Source of the DNA: an uncultured Dorea sp.
GTDB taxonomy: Bacteria > Bacillota > Clostridia > Lachnospirales > Lachnospiraceae
Length of the DNA: 64,000 nucleotides
Reading direction: 5' to 3'
Assembly: GCA_900543415.1 (NCBI GenBank)
Contig: UQRE01000003.1
Coordinates: forward strand, 30,014-94,013
Shown here: piece by piece, positions 1 to 10,209 of the stretch
Position numbering within the stretch: the stretch's first letter is position 1
Layout of the letters: each line of letters begins with the position of its first letter
Made by a program: the position numbers and the translations under genes
Notes under the pieces: generated by a model
Seen by the model: the letters and a program-made list of their open reading frames with translations, nothing else
What the model was told of the DNA's origin: nothing
Database searches by the model: none

Positions 1-665
1 CTCGGATTTCCTCCTTTTCTGCCTTCTATAAGAACCATATTGGGCTCTTTGTCCACATACGGATATACCATCCGCATCCTCTTAGGCTCCAGCCCATACT
101 GACACATCCTGGTCATAATCTCCGGAAGCCGGAATGGGCGATGTACCATATAGAAGCGCCCCTTCACTTTCAACATACGGGCACTCTCCCTTAAAATATC
201 GTCCAGCGTACATAATGCCTCGTGTCTAGCAATATACAGCGCTTCTTTTTCATTTTTTAACCCATGTTCATCAATCATATAGGGCGGATTGGTTGTAATA
301 ACATCAAAAGAGGCATTGTCGAATAACTTCGCTGCCTCCTTAACGTCTCCGGTCACAATCTCTATCTGCCCCTCCAAGTGATTGTGACAAACACTGCGCC
401 TTGCCATATCCGCGCTTTCCTCTTGAATTTCAAGCCCTGTATAGCTACCCCCTTCGTTTCTGGCAGCAAGCAGGATGGGAAGAATCCCCGTTCCGGTTCC
501 AATATCCAGCGCTTTCTCTCTCTTTTTTATCGAAGCAAAATGGGACAGAAGCACCGCGTCCATCCCGAAGCAAAAACGCCCCGGGCTTTGGATAATTTCG
601 TATCCCTTGATCTGAAGATCATCCAGACGTTCTCCCGCTTTCAAACCGGAATCTTCTCTATTCAT
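1..665 (-). CDS. N6-adenine-specific RNA methyltransferase (YabB/TrmN6-like), C-terminus cut by window edge
   Basis: Manual minus-strand translation from ATG at 665 gives MNREDSGLKAGERLDDLQIKGYEIIQSPGRFCFGMDAVLLSHF...LDIGTGTGIL. This shows SAM motif I and a downstream NPPY motif, with no stop before position 1. It is absent from the ORF track because it runs off the window. It sits in the conserved position after ricT. Confidence 0.8.
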   Translation of the reverse strand, partial: MNREDSGLKAGERLDDLQIKGYEIIQSPGRFCFGMDAVLLSHFASIKKREKALDIGTGTGILPILLAARNEGGSYTGLEIQEESADMARRSVCHNHLEGQIEIVTGDVKEAAKLFDNASFDVITTNPPYMIDEHGLKNEKEALYIARHEALCTLDDILRESARMLKVKGRFYMVHRPFRLPEIMTRMCQYGLEPKRMRMVYPYVDKEPNMVLIEGRKGGNP

Positions 666-1569
666 CATCTAATTTTGACGCTCCGTTTCTCTCTTCCAAT
701 GCCCGCAGTTCTGCCATCTCTTCCTTGGAAATGCGAACATCCTTTTTCTTGCGTCTCGGTTTAAACTTTAATTCAGACGCCTTGTATTCGCGAATTTCTT
801 TCTCGTCATTATCTAAAGTCACAATAACTTTTACAAGCTGTCTCAATACATTAACAGATTGTACATCTCCCTTTAATCCTTCCGGTGTTGTGACAAAATC
901 TCCGGTGTTCGGAAGATGACTGTTTAATTCCTCATAAGTCTCTTCTTCATTTGTGAGACAGCACATCAGTCTTCCGCATACGCCTGAGATCTTGGTCGGA
1001 TTCAAAGAAAGGTTCTGTTCCTTCGCCATCTTGATTGATACCGGCGCAAACTCTGATAAATAGGTGTGACAGCACAACGGTCTTCCGCAGATTCCGATAC
1101 CGCCTCGGATCTTTGTCTCATCTCTGACTCCGATCTGGCGCAATTCGATACGAGTGCGGAATACACTTGCAAGATCTTTGACCAGTTCACGGAAATCAAT
1201 TCTTCCATCCGCAGTAAAATAAAACAACACCTTATTATTATCAAATGTATACTCCGCATCAATGAGCTTCATCTCCAAGCCATGTTTGCGAATCTTTTCC
1301 AGACAGATCTCAAACGCTTCTTTTTCTTTCACGCGGTTCTTTTCTTCTTTTTTCTTGTCTTCCTCTGTCGCAATTCGAATCACCGGCTTCAGCGGAAGCG
1401 TGATCTTATCATCCTCTACTTCTTTTTCTCCCACAACAACAGAACCATATTCTACGCCGCGGGCTGTTTCCACGATAACTTTATCTCCTGTTTTTATATT
1501 TAATTTCCCCGGAGCAAAGAAATAAATCTTCCCCGCCGGTCTGAATCGTACACCTATTACTTTTGTCAT
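658..1569 (-). CDS. ricT: PSP1 domain protein RicT/YaaT (stage 0 sporulation / RNase Y regulator)
   Basis: 303 aa ORF with a PSP1 C-terminal domain and Cys-rich motifs (GICGRPLCCH, CGRLMCC). It has the conserved position downstream of holB. Confidence 0.9.
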   Translation of the reverse strand: MTKVIGVRFRPAGKIYFFAPGKLNIKTGDKVIVETARGVEYGSVVVGEKEVEDDKITLPLKPVIRIATEEDKKKEEKNRVKEKEAFEICLEKIRKHGLEMKLIDAEYTFDNNKVLFYFTADGRIDFRELVKDLASVFRTRIELRQIGVRDETKIRGGIGICGRPLCCHTYLSEFAPVSIKMAKEQNLSLNPTKISGVCGRLMCCLTNEEETYEELNSHLPNTGDFVTTPEGLKGDVQSVNVLRQLVKVIVTLDNDEKEIREYKASELKFKPRRKKKDVRISKEEMAELRALEERNGASKLDDE

Positions 1570-1572
1570 GAA

Positions 1573-2562
1573 TTAATTCTCCTTTATCGTCAGGAACAAA
1601 AGCTCCATTACAAGTTCAAAATTAACATTTGCTTTCAATCTTGCTTTTGCCTTTTCTAAGCTCTCAAGAATCAGTTCAATCCCTTCATAAGAACTTCTTC
1701 TCGCCTGTTCCTTAATATACTGGATCTGATCTTTAAATACAACTTTATCCAGTTCCTTTGTCGCTTTATACATCAGTACATCTCTATACCAGATCATAAT
1801 AAGATCCAAGTAATCACTGATCTCCAATTTATACACCGTAATATGATTTACCGCATTTACAATCTCAGAGAGCTCCATCTCATGAATATATTTCAACAGT
1901 TGAACGGCTTCCTCCCGAACCTCGTTGAAATGTTCAGAATTGGCAAGCATGATCGCACGCCCCATATTTCCCTGTGCAAACGCAGTACATACATCCGCTT
2001 TATAATCCGGGATCTGCATCTTCTCCATCAAATACTTCTTGATCAATGTGTCTTTGATATTCCGCAATTTCAGCATGACACATCTGGAGTTGATCGTCGG
2101 AAGTAAAAGCTCCGCATTCTCCGTAAGCAGAAAGATTACCGCATATTTAGGCGGCTCTTCAATCGTTTTCAGAAGTGCATTCTGCGCCTGCGCTGTCATT
2201 CTGTCTGCCTCCGGGATAATATAGATTTTATACGGTCCCTGATACGGTTTGATATCAATGGTATTATTCACCTGTTCACGAATATCATCTACGCTGATCG
2301 TATTTGGCTTCTCATGTGTGACTCTGATAATATCCGGATGATTCCCGCTCTCTGCCTGTATACAGGAATGACATTCGTTACACGGGTCCGGTCCGTGCTT
2401 CTCGCACAACAGTGTCATGGCAAATAAGCTTGCCAGCATCTTTTTCCCCGATCCCCGCTCGCCATTCAATATATACGCATGTGATACGCGGTCTTCCATC
2501 ACAGCATTCCCGATATATTTGATAATGTCCTTGTGTCCAACTACGTCTTTAAAACTTCCCAT
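1573..2562 (-). CDS. holB: DNA polymerase III subunit delta-prime
   Basis: 329 aa with AAA+ clamp-loader motifs (GERGSGKKMLA Walker A, zinc module CNECHSC, SRC-like TINSRC). Conserved synteny with ricT. Confidence 0.9.
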   Translation of the reverse strand: MGSFKDVVGHKDIIKYIGNAVMEDRVSHAYILNGERGSGKKMLASLFAMTLLCEKHGPDPCNECHSCIQAESGNHPDIIRVTHEKPNTISVDDIREQVNNTIDIKPYQGPYKIYIIPEADRMTAQAQNALLKTIEEPPKYAVIFLLTENAELLLPTINSRCVMLKLRNIKDTLIKKYLMEKMQIPDYKADVCTAFAQGNMGRAIMLANSEHFNEVREEAVQLLKYIHEMELSEIVNAVNHITVYKLEISDYLDLIMIWYRDVLMYKATKELDKVVFKDQIQYIKEQARRSSYEGIELILESLEKAKARLKANVNFELVMELLFLTIKEN

Positions 2563-3136
2563 TCTGTATTTCCCCTATAATCTCTTCTAAACATTGTGTT
2601 TTATTCTGGTTTCTGTATCTTCTGTTTATTCCGGCTTCTCTCAAATTCTCTTCTGAAAAATCATTTTGATCTGCCAGAAATCTTCTGCACAATTCATCAT
2701 ACTTTGGCTGTTCCTGCTGCCTCTCTCTTTGAAGCGCACGTAACAATCGTTCACCATCTTCTACTTCAATGTAGATCGGCACAAGATACTCTTCCCCATA
2801 ATATGACTTCATCTTACTGTAGGATTCAAGAGTTCCGATGATCAGATAATCCGAATCATCAAGATTCATCTGCCCATCATCTATTGTAGCATATTTCCAC
2901 TGTCCATACACAGTGTCATATGTTCTTTTCTCAATTATTTTTCCATCTTCCTCATAATGCTTCAAAGTTTCTTCTGAAACAAAATGATACTCCACGCCGT
3001 CTCTTTCACCATCTCGGATTGGTCTTGTCGTATAGAGTGTCACCGTCTTAACCTCCGGCATCCGACTCAATATCTCTTTATACAACGTATCTTTCCCCGA
3101 AGAGCTCTTCCCCATCAAATAATATATTTTACCCAT
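2549..3136 (-). CDS. Guanylate kinase-like nucleotide kinase (likely start at MGKIYY, RBS-supported)
   Basis: P-loop GKSSSGKDT. The YHFVSEETLKHYEEDGKIIEKRTYDTVYGQWKYAT block resembles the Gmk substrate-binding region. It occupies the slot where tmk sits in Bacillus. Confidence 0.7.
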   Translation of the reverse strand: MGKIYYLMGKSSSGKDTLYKEILSRMPEVKTVTLYTTRPIRDGERDGVEYHFVSEETLKHYEEDGKIIEKRTYDTVYGQWKYATIDDGQMNLDDSDYLIIGTLESYSKMKSYYGEEYLVPIYIEVEDGERLLRALQRERQQEQPKYDELCRRFLADQNDFSEENLREAGINRRYRNQNKTQCLEEIIGEIQNGKF

Positions 3137-4541
3137 TGTTCCACACCTCAATGCATCCCTCTGTATGAAGACCTTCGATGGAAAATCCAAGTCTTTCATA
3201 CTGACGAAGCGCATCTGTGATTTCTTTTGTAATCCGCTCTCCCGGCACGATCATAGGCGTCCCCGGCGGATACAGATACGCATACTCCATAGAAATAAAA
3301 CCGATACTCTCTTTCCACGGAAGTACGGATACCGCTTCTCCTTTTTGCATTTTTTTCATCCTCTTCATCTGAGCCGTCGTATAAACGAGCTCCGCCTTCG
3401 GAGGTTTGATATTCATTTCTTCCGAAACTTTTTTCTCAAGACTTTCATCCAACTCAAAAAGAGCCTTCTCAAGCCGTGCAAATCCTTCCTCTGTATCTCC
3501 TACCGACGTCATGGCAAGAACATAATTTCCCGCCGCCATCTCCATTTGTAAGTGGTAATCCGAAAGAAGCAGGTTCTGAAGCTCTTTTCCCGAAACTCCG
3601 CTTCCCCCCGCAGATATCACGATCTTGGACCGGTCATAATCTTCGGTTTCCACAAGCTGTAAACTTTGAAGCTTCTTAAGAGATTTTCTTAATTTCTCTA
3701 AGCGAACTACATACGGATCAAACAAATTTGCTCCCTCTTGTTTCAACAGGTTCACGCAGGAATCGATACTCGCCATCAGAAGATAGGACGGACTGCTTGA
3801 CTGCAGCATATGAAGATATTCCCTCACCGCTTCCCTGTTCACAAAGGTTCCGTTCATATGAAGAAGCGCAGTCTGTGTCAAGGACGGCAATGTCTTATGA
3901 AGACTGTGGATGACAATATCCGCTCCCTGTAAATTAGAATTTTTCGGGAAATACGGATGAAAGCCAAAATGGGCTCCGTGTGCCTCATCAACGATCAGCG
4001 GGATTCCCTTTTTATGCACTACCTCTGAAATTGCTTTCACATCTGACACTACACCGTCATAAGTAGGGGATACCATTACCACTGCCCGGATCCTTGGATG
4101 TTCTCTAAGCGCCAGTTCTACATCTTCAGCAGATACTGCCATATTAAGCCCTGCCTGCGAATCAAACTCAGGATATAAATACACCGGACGAAGCTCATTC
4201 ATATCTATGGCATGATATACTGACTTGTGACAGTTTCTCGCCACAAGTATTGTGTCCTCCCTCTCTGTCACCCCAAGAACCGCACTCAGAAGTCCCACTG
4301 TACTTCCATTTACTAAAAAATGCGTCTCGTCTGCCCGATAGACCTGCGCCGCCTGCTCCTGTGCCTCTTTCAAGATTCCTTCTGCATGGTGCAGATCATC
4401 AAAGCCTTCAATCTCTGTAATGTCCCACTCGCAGGGAAGTCCTGCATTTACGTATTTTTTATTTCTTTTGTGCCCCGGCATATGGAACCCATAATAATCA
4501 GATTCACTGTATGCTTTCAGTCTATCGTATAATGTATCCAT
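3129..4541 (-). CDS. Orn/Lys/Arg decarboxylase family PLP enzyme (YaaO-like)
   Basis: 470 aa with FHMPGHK and SPTYDG motifs of the OKR decarboxylase major domain. Synteny with holB as in B. subtilis yaaO. Confidence 0.85.
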   Translation of the reverse strand: MDTLYDRLKAYSESDYYGFHMPGHKRNKKYVNAGLPCEWDITEIEGFDDLHHAEGILKEAQEQAAQVYRADETHFLVNGSTVGLLSAVLGVTEREDTILVARNCHKSVYHAIDMNELRPVYLYPEFDSQAGLNMAVSAEDVELALREHPRIRAVVMVSPTYDGVVSDVKAISEVVHKKGIPLIVDEAHGAHFGFHPYFPKNSNLQGADIVIHSLHKTLPSLTQTALLHMNGTFVNREAVREYLHMLQSSSPSYLLMASIDSCVNLLKQEGANLFDPYVVRLEKLRKSLKKLQSLQLVETEDYDRSKIVISAGGSGVSGKELQNLLLSDYHLQMEMAAGNYVLAMTSVGDTEEGFARLEKALFELDESLEKKVSEEMNIKPPKAELVYTTAQMKRMKKMQKGEAVSVLPWKESIGFISMEYAYLYPPGTPMIVPGERITKEITDALRQYERLGFSIEGLHTEGCIEVWNNG

Positions 4542-4617
4542 CGCAATCTCTTCAATTATTCTCTTCTTTGTTTTCTAAAATGCTTACGTTTTATTTTAAC
4601 AAAACAGACTCTTTTAA

Positions 4618-5424
4618 TCAAGCCATAAACTCCTCCAGTATCTGACGGATCAGCACTTCTTTCGCAGGTGTCTCCTTTTTTTCTTCCACCTGTTTCTCCT
4701 GTTCACTTACTGTCACTTCCTGCCGGCGCAGATCTGATACCGGAAGAACCCTTGGTATCGGTTCTGGCTGCAGTGGCGCTGTTAACTCAGGCTGTGGCTT
4801 TGGCTGCGGAAGTGCTGTTGATTCCATCTCCGACTGCATATCCGTCTGTGGCTCAGGCTGTGGTTCCTGAGGCGCTTTTCCCTTCGACTCAGTCTCTTTC
4901 TGGTATGCTTTCTCATAACGGTGCAGACACACATTTTCCAGATAATCAACCATATAATTTCTCACAACACTTACACTGTACTTCTCATCCGTAGTCAAAT
5001 GAAGCAGATACAGAAGAATTCCGGCTCCAATCCCAAAAGCTCCCGTTGTAAGCACCTCATCATTCATTCCATTTCCCGTATACTCGAGGAACCCTCCCAG
5101 AAGCCCTGCTGCCATACAGATGCCGACCGCCGTCACTTCCATTCTCTGAAGACTGTGAAGCTTAAGCCCCGCCACACGATACTCATACAGATACTTGTCC
5201 ACAAATGCCTCTACATTTTCCACCTTCTCGCTGACCATGCAGGCATGTTCGAACTTCGCACGCACCAGACGCATAAACGGATGATTGCTTTTCCCCATAC
5301 TTCCGGCGCCACGCACCAGTCGTTTCAGCGACACGTTCACAATACATTTGCTGATCACTCCCATAGCAACACCTATACCAATAACCACTTGAACCACATG
5401 CTTGTCTAAAATCATCTCTAACAT
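4618..5424 (-). CDS. Hypothetical membrane protein with Pro/Gln/Glu-rich repetitive C-terminal tail
   Basis: 268 aa with 2-3 predicted hydrophobic helices and then a PQEPQPEPQ...PQPKPQPE low-complexity tail. I recognised no domain. Confidence 0.5.
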   Translation of the reverse strand: MLEMILDKHVVQVVIGIGVAMGVISKCIVNVSLKRLVRGAGSMGKSNHPFMRLVRAKFEHACMVSEKVENVEAFVDKYLYEYRVAGLKLHSLQRMEVTAVGICMAAGLLGGFLEYTGNGMNDEVLTTGAFGIGAGILLYLLHLTTDEKYSVSVVRNYMVDYLENVCLHRYEKAYQKETESKGKAPQEPQPEPQTDMQSEMESTALPQPKPQPELTAPLQPEPIPRVLPVSDLRRQEVTVSEQEKQVEEKKETPAKEVLIRQILEEFMA

Positions 5425-5469
5425 AAAAAAGCCCTCCTTTTGTCTAGAATTATACTAGATATTCAAAAA

Positions 5470-5523
5470 GAGCGCCGAAAAAGCGTTCCCCAGATTCCGA
5501 CTCTCACCTGTCAGAATCTGGGG
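5470..5523 (-). terminator. Putative intrinsic terminator after mtnN
   Basis: 10-bp stem ccccagattc/gaatctgggg (5488-5497/5514-5523) with a 16-nt loop. It is followed on the minus strand by U-rich AACGCUUUUUCGGCGCUCUUUUUG. Confidence 0.45.
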
Positions 5524-5550
5524 AACAACCTCACATCCTATTCTGCTATT

Positions 5551-6249
5551 CTATACGATTTCCGCTACAAGTTCTGTCACAAGCCTTACATTCTGCTTGA
5601 TTGCCCGCTTCTCAAACTCCGGATAATCCATCACTGCACTGTTGTCGGCTTTATCCGAAATCGCACGAATAATGACACACGAAACTTTGTTCAGATATGC
5701 TGCGTGAGCGATTGCCGCCCCCTCCATCTCTGCACAAAGCGCATGGAAATTTGTAACAATCCTGTCTTTCGCCTCTTTGGAAGCGATAAACTGATCGCCG
5801 CTTGCCACGATTCCGGTAAACGTATGAATATCCGGATTCACCTTTTCATTTACTTCTTTTGCCTTTTGTACCAGACACTCATCTGCCGGGAACAGGAAGG
5901 TATCCATCTGAGGAACCTGTCCCAGCGGATCTCCAAATACGGTTGCATCCATATCGTGCTGCACTGCCGCTGTAGAAATCACAATATCTCCGATATCGAT
6001 GGCGGCATCCAGAGAGCCTGCAACACCGGTGTTGATCAATACATCCACTTGGAATTTATCCACAAGAATCTGCGCACAAATACCGGCATTCACTTTGCCG
6101 ATCCCACTTCTCACCACGACAACTTCTTTGCCATTTAACAAGCCTTTGCAGAAATTCATACCCGCATACTCGACAACCTCTTCGATCTCCATTGTCTCTT
6201 TTAAAATAGCAACCTCTGCTTCCATTGCACCGATAATACCTATCATCAA
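5551..6249 (-). CDS. mtnN: 5'-methylthioadenosine/S-adenosylhomocysteine nucleosidase
   Basis: 232 aa PNP_UDP_1 family. GIIGAMEAE N-terminus and the SDKAD motif are typical of MtnN. Confidence 0.9.
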   Translation of the reverse strand: MMIGIIGAMEAEVAILKETMEIEEVVEYAGMNFCKGLLNGKEVVVVRSGIGKVNAGICAQILVDKFQVDVLINTGVAGSLDAAIDIGDIVISTAAVQHDMDATVFGDPLGQVPQMDTFLFPADECLVQKAKEVNEKVNPDIHTFTGIVASGDQFIASKEAKDRIVTNFHALCAEMEGAAIAHAAYLNKVSCVIIRAISDKADNSAVMDYPEFEKRAIKQNVRLVTELVAEIV

Positions 6250-6250
6250 T

Positions 6251-8335
6251 CTATGTCTCCTTTGTTTCTATGGGAAAAGTTTCCTCAATTTCCTCTTCTT
6301 TCAATGTTACAGCAATCAGCACCGAGTGTGCCCCCATATTTACTACAAGTTCTCCGTCACAGATCAAATACTCCTCATATTCCGTTGTATATCCCTTTTC
6401 ACCGGAATAGATCAAGCGTTTCATCCTGCCCTTTACCGGAACTTCCGCTTTCCATACAGGCGCAGTCACTTCTGTAAGCTCATCCTTATTATTCAAGATG
6501 ACAACCAACTGTTCTTCACCTAAGAACCTTCCATAAGATAAAATGTGTTCCTCCCACAGAAGCATATGAAGAGCTCCTGTTCGAAATGCTTTATAAGACT
6601 TATGAATCTTGATCAATTCCCTGTGGAATGCGATCATCTCTTTATCTTCTCTTCCCCACGGATAGGTTCTCCTGTTGTCCGGATCAGTAAAACCGCACAC
6701 TCCGGCTTCATCCCCATAATAAATCGTCGGAGAGCCAATCCACGTCATCTGAAATGCTGCCGCTTCTCTCATCACTGCCGGTTCAACGAATTCATTCGCC
6801 GCTTCCGGTCCGAGATGTTCCACACGCCCAACTACATGATTGGTTCTTGTAAGAAATCTGGAGTGGTCGTGATTCGAAAGCTGGTTCATAGACGTAAGAA
6901 GAGACGGCATCAGCATATTCGCCATGTGGTGAGACATTGCGCCTATAAAATGATCCGCATTTCCGCGAAGCTCCTCTCGCATCTCATCACTGTGTTTTTC
7001 CATCCCCGTCAAAAACCATGTGATTGGCTCCATGAAAGCGTCATAATTCATAACAGTATCCCACTCATCACCTTGAAGCCATTCACTGGGATCTCCATAA
7101 TGCTCCGCCAAAATGATGGCATTCGGATTCGCTTTTTTTACTACTTGCCGGAATTTCTTCCAGAAACGATGATTATATTCATTGCTCTGTCCAAGATCCG
7201 CTGCTACATCAAGACGCCATCCATCCACATTGTAGGGCGGAGACACCCATTTCTTTCCAATGCCCAGAATATAATTTTCTAATTTTACAGAATCTTCGTA
7301 ATTCAATTTCGGAAGGGTATCGTGTCCCCACCATCCTTCATAATTCACATTATAAGGCCAATTCTCCGGTGCGTTTTTAAAAAACCGAAAATATTCACGA
7401 TACGGACTTTTCTCCGAAATAAAGGCGCCCTTTTCATAATCGGGCTGATTTTCATAGATCCGTTCCCGATCCATCCACTTATTGAAAGAACCACAGTGAT
7501 TAAATACTCCATCGAGAATGATTTTCATCCCTCGCTTATGAAGTTCTTCCACCAATTGAATAAACAAAGCGTTGCTGGCTTCCAAATTCTTGCGAGAAGT
7601 TGTACGGATCTGATATTTGGTTGCCTCGGCATTATCCCCCACACCCTCTTGAAGAATTTCTCCTCCATCTTCTACGATCACGCCTAAATGCGGATCAATA
7701 TAGTCATAATCCTGTGTATCATATTTGTGATTCGACGGAGAGACAAAGAGCGGGTTAAAATACACAACCTCAACCCCCAACTCTTGAAGATAATCCAGCT
7801 TGTCAATCACTCCTTTGATATCGCCGCCGTAAAATTCCCGCACCCCCATTGATGCCGGATATTTCTCCCAGTCTGTCACACGGCTGCTATAATCACCAAT
7901 GTAGAAATATTCATTTGTTTCCACATCGTTGGACGGATCCCCATTACAGAAACGATCAATATAGATCTGGTACATCACCGCGCCCTTTGCCCAGTCCGGT
8001 GTAGAAAATCCGGGCACAATCCGAAACTCATAAAAAGGAACAATCTCCCCGGCTATTCCACATCGGTTATAATAACAGACTTCATCGCCCTCTTGGATCT
8101 CAAAGCAGTAACTAAAAGGCTCTTCATTCAATCTCCAGTCAATTTTATAATAGTCAAAAGCTCCCCTGGAACACTCTTTTTCCATATCATATCCGCCGAC
8201 TTTTGTCATAAGACGCACACGGACGGAGTCATCCTTGGCTGTACGGAAACGCAGTGTCACCGTGGAATTGCATTCCGGCTCGATCGGAATCACATACTCG
8301 GTCGTTCCGTCACAAAACAAAGCCTCTTTGTTCAT
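6251..8335 (-). CDS. GH13 alpha-glycosidase (neopullulanase/cyclomaltodextrinase-like)
   Basis: 694 aa with GH13 conserved regions GVFNHCG, GWRLDVAADL, EHYG and NHDHSRF. An N-terminal extra domain precedes the catalytic barrel. Confidence 0.9.
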   Translation of the reverse strand: MNKEALFCDGTTEYVIPIEPECNSTVTLRFRTAKDDSVRVRLMTKVGGYDMEKECSRGAFDYYKIDWRLNEEPFSYCFEIQEGDEVCYYNRCGIAGEIVPFYEFRIVPGFSTPDWAKGAVMYQIYIDRFCNGDPSNDVETNEYFYIGDYSSRVTDWEKYPASMGVREFYGGDIKGVIDKLDYLQELGVEVVYFNPLFVSPSNHKYDTQDYDYIDPHLGVIVEDGGEILQEGVGDNAEATKYQIRTTSRKNLEASNALFIQLVEELHKRGMKIILDGVFNHCGSFNKWMDRERIYENQPDYEKGAFISEKSPYREYFRFFKNAPENWPYNVNYEGWWGHDTLPKLNYEDSVKLENYILGIGKKWVSPPYNVDGWRLDVAADLGQSNEYNHRFWKKFRQVVKKANPNAIILAEHYGDPSEWLQGDEWDTVMNYDAFMEPITWFLTGMEKHSDEMREELRGNADHFIGAMSHHMANMLMPSLLTSMNQLSNHDHSRFLTRTNHVVGRVEHLGPEAANEFVEPAVMREAAAFQMTWIGSPTIYYGDEAGVCGFTDPDNRRTYPWGREDKEMIAFHRELIKIHKSYKAFRTGALHMLLWEEHILSYGRFLGEEQLVVILNNKDELTEVTAPVWKAEVPVKGRMKRLIYSGEKGYTTEYEEYLICDGELVVNMGAHSVLIAVTLKEEEIEETFPIETKET

Positions 8336-8340
8336 GTATT

Positions 8341-10209
8341 CTATACATCCTCTCTCTTTTCAAATAACGCTTCAAATTCTTCGCGAGTAATCTTCTCCTT
8401 CTCTAACAGGAGGTTCGCGCAGGCATGAAGAACATCTTCATGCTCTTTGATAATCGATCTTGCACGGCTGTAGCACCCATCAATGATCCGCTTTACTTCG
8501 CTGTCAATGACGGTTGCCATACTTTCTCCATAACCTCTTGAAGAGTGTGCCAGATCCCGTCCGATAAACACTTCATCACTGTCGTTATCGTAATTTACAA
8601 GACCTACTGCTTCTGACATACCGAATTTTGTCACCATGGACTTCGCAAGTCCGGTAGCCTGTTTAATATCTTGAGAAGCCCCTGTGGTAATATCGTCAAA
8701 CACTTCCTCTTCTGCCACACGTCCGCCAAGCGCTACTGTAATATCCTGCAGCATCTTGCCTTTTGTATTAAACATCTCATCCTTCTCCGGAAGCGGCATT
8801 GTATATCCGCCCGCTCCGCCTGTCGGAATGATCGACACACTGTAAACCGGTCCCACATCAGGCAGTACATGGAAAAGAATCGCGTGTCCTGCTTCATGGA
8901 ATGCAGTAATCCGTTTCTCTTTTTCGGAAATAACGTGACTCTTTTTCTCTGCCCCGATACCCACTTTCACGAATGCTTTCTGCACATCAGCCTGTTTCAG
9001 ATAAACACGCTCATCTTTTGCCGCCAGAATAGCAGCCTCATTCAACAGGTTTTCAAGATCCGCTCCGGTAAATCCTGCGGTTGTACGGGCAATCTGTCCA
9101 AGATCAATATCCTCACTGAGCGGTTTCCCTTTTGCATGTACCTTAAGAATTTCTTCACGTCCCTGCACATCCGGTCTTCCGACCATAACTTTACGGTCAA
9201 ATCTTCCCGGACGGAGAATTGCGCGGTCTAAAATATCCACACGGTTCGTTGCCGCCATCACAATGATGCCTTCATTCACACCAAACCCATCCATCTCCAC
9301 AAGGAGCTGGTTCAATGTCTGTTCTCTCTCATCATGACCGCCGCCCATGCCGGTTCCTCTGCTTCTGGCAACCGCATCGATCTCATCAATAAAAATGATA
9401 CAAGGCGCGTTTCTCTTCGCCTCTTCAAACAGGTCTCTTACGCGGGATGCTCCCACTCCGACAAACATTTCCACAAAATCAGAACCTGAGATTGTAAAGA
9501 ACGGTACCCCCGCCTCTCCTGCAACTGCTTTCGCAAGCAATGTCTTACCGGTTCCCGGAGGTCCTACAAGAAGGATTCCTTTAGGAATTCTTGCGCCGAC
9601 CTGAATATATTTTTTCGGAGACTTTAAAAAATCTACCACTTCTTCCAGTTCTTCTTTTTCTTCCTTAAGCCCTGCCACTTGTGCAAAGGTGATTTTTTTA
9701 TCTTTCTCTGTACTAAGCTTCGCACGGCTCTTTCCAAAGCTCATAGCCCTGGCATTCGCTCCGCCGCCCTGACGGTTCATCATGGAAAACAGGAAAAAAA
9801 CTCCCGCCATCATAAGGAGCACAGGAAGGATTGTTGTGGTAAACCAATTATCCTGCGGCGCATTCGGCAATTCATAATCTACGTCCCACTCCGCCAGATC
9901 TTCCTGAATCCGGTTTACGTCAGACACATAGTAATTCTTCACCTCACCGCGCTCTCCTTCTTCCGCCTTCAGTTCAATCTCCACCCGTCCGGTCGGAACA
10001 TTCTTATTCTGAATCACGGTGACATTTTGAACCTGATCACTGACGATCAGCTCTTCAAATTCTTTTCTCGAGAGCATATCTGCCCTCTCTCCAAGTGTAT
10101 TGGTAAGCCAGAACATCGCAAACAACAAAATCACAAATGTTAAAAGTGTGAATCCGCCTACCCCTCTGTTTCTTCTATCCTCCAAAGTTGTCCCCTTTCT
10201 ACTCCACAC
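8341..10209 (-). CDS. ftsH: ATP-dependent zinc metalloprotease FtsH
   Basis: 622 aa with two N-terminal TM helices, AAA module GPPGTGKT, second region of homology, and the HEAGH zinc motif. Confidence 0.95.
   Translation of the reverse strand: MWSRKGTTLEDRRNRGVGGFTLLTFVILLFAMFWLTNTLGERADMLSRKEFEELIVSDQVQNVTVIQNKNVPTGRVEIELKAEEGERGEVKNYYVSDVNRIQEDLAEWDVDYELPNAPQDNWFTTTILPVLLMMAGVFFLFSMMNRQGGGANARAMSFGKSRAKLSTEKDKKITFAQVAGLKEEKEELEEVVDFLKSPKKYIQVGARIPKGILLVGPPGTGKTLLAKAVAGEAGVPFFTISGSDFVEMFVGVGASRVRDLFEEAKRNAPCIIFIDEIDAVARSRGTGMGGGHDEREQTLNQLLVEMDGFGVNEGIIVMAATNRVDILDRAILRPGRFDRKVMVGRPDVQGREEILKVHAKGKPLSEDIDLGQIARTTAGFTGADLENLLNEAAILAAKDERVYLKQADVQKAFVKVGIGAEKKSHVISEKEKRITAFHEAGHAILFHVLPDVGPVYSVSIIPTGGAGGYTMPLPEKDEMFNTKGKMLQDITVALGGRVAEEEVFDDITTGASQDIKQATGLAKSMVTKFGMSEAVGLVNYDNDSDEVFIGRDLAHSSRGYGESMATVIDSEVKRIIDGCYSRARSIIKEHEDVLHACANLLLEKEKITREEFEALFEKREDV

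Noticed and set aside
378-764. 128-aa and 64-aa plus-strand ORFs at window start
   Set aside because: They lie antisense to the manually translated methyltransferase, which has SAM and NPPY motifs, and to ricT.
5440-6138. 232-aa plus-strand ORF overlapping mtnN
   Set aside because: It is antisense to a canonical MtnN and spans the mtnN terminator region.
6545-7282. 245-aa plus-strand ORF inside the GH13 gene
   Set aside because: Antisense shadow with no motifs. The sense-strand GH13 is unambiguous.
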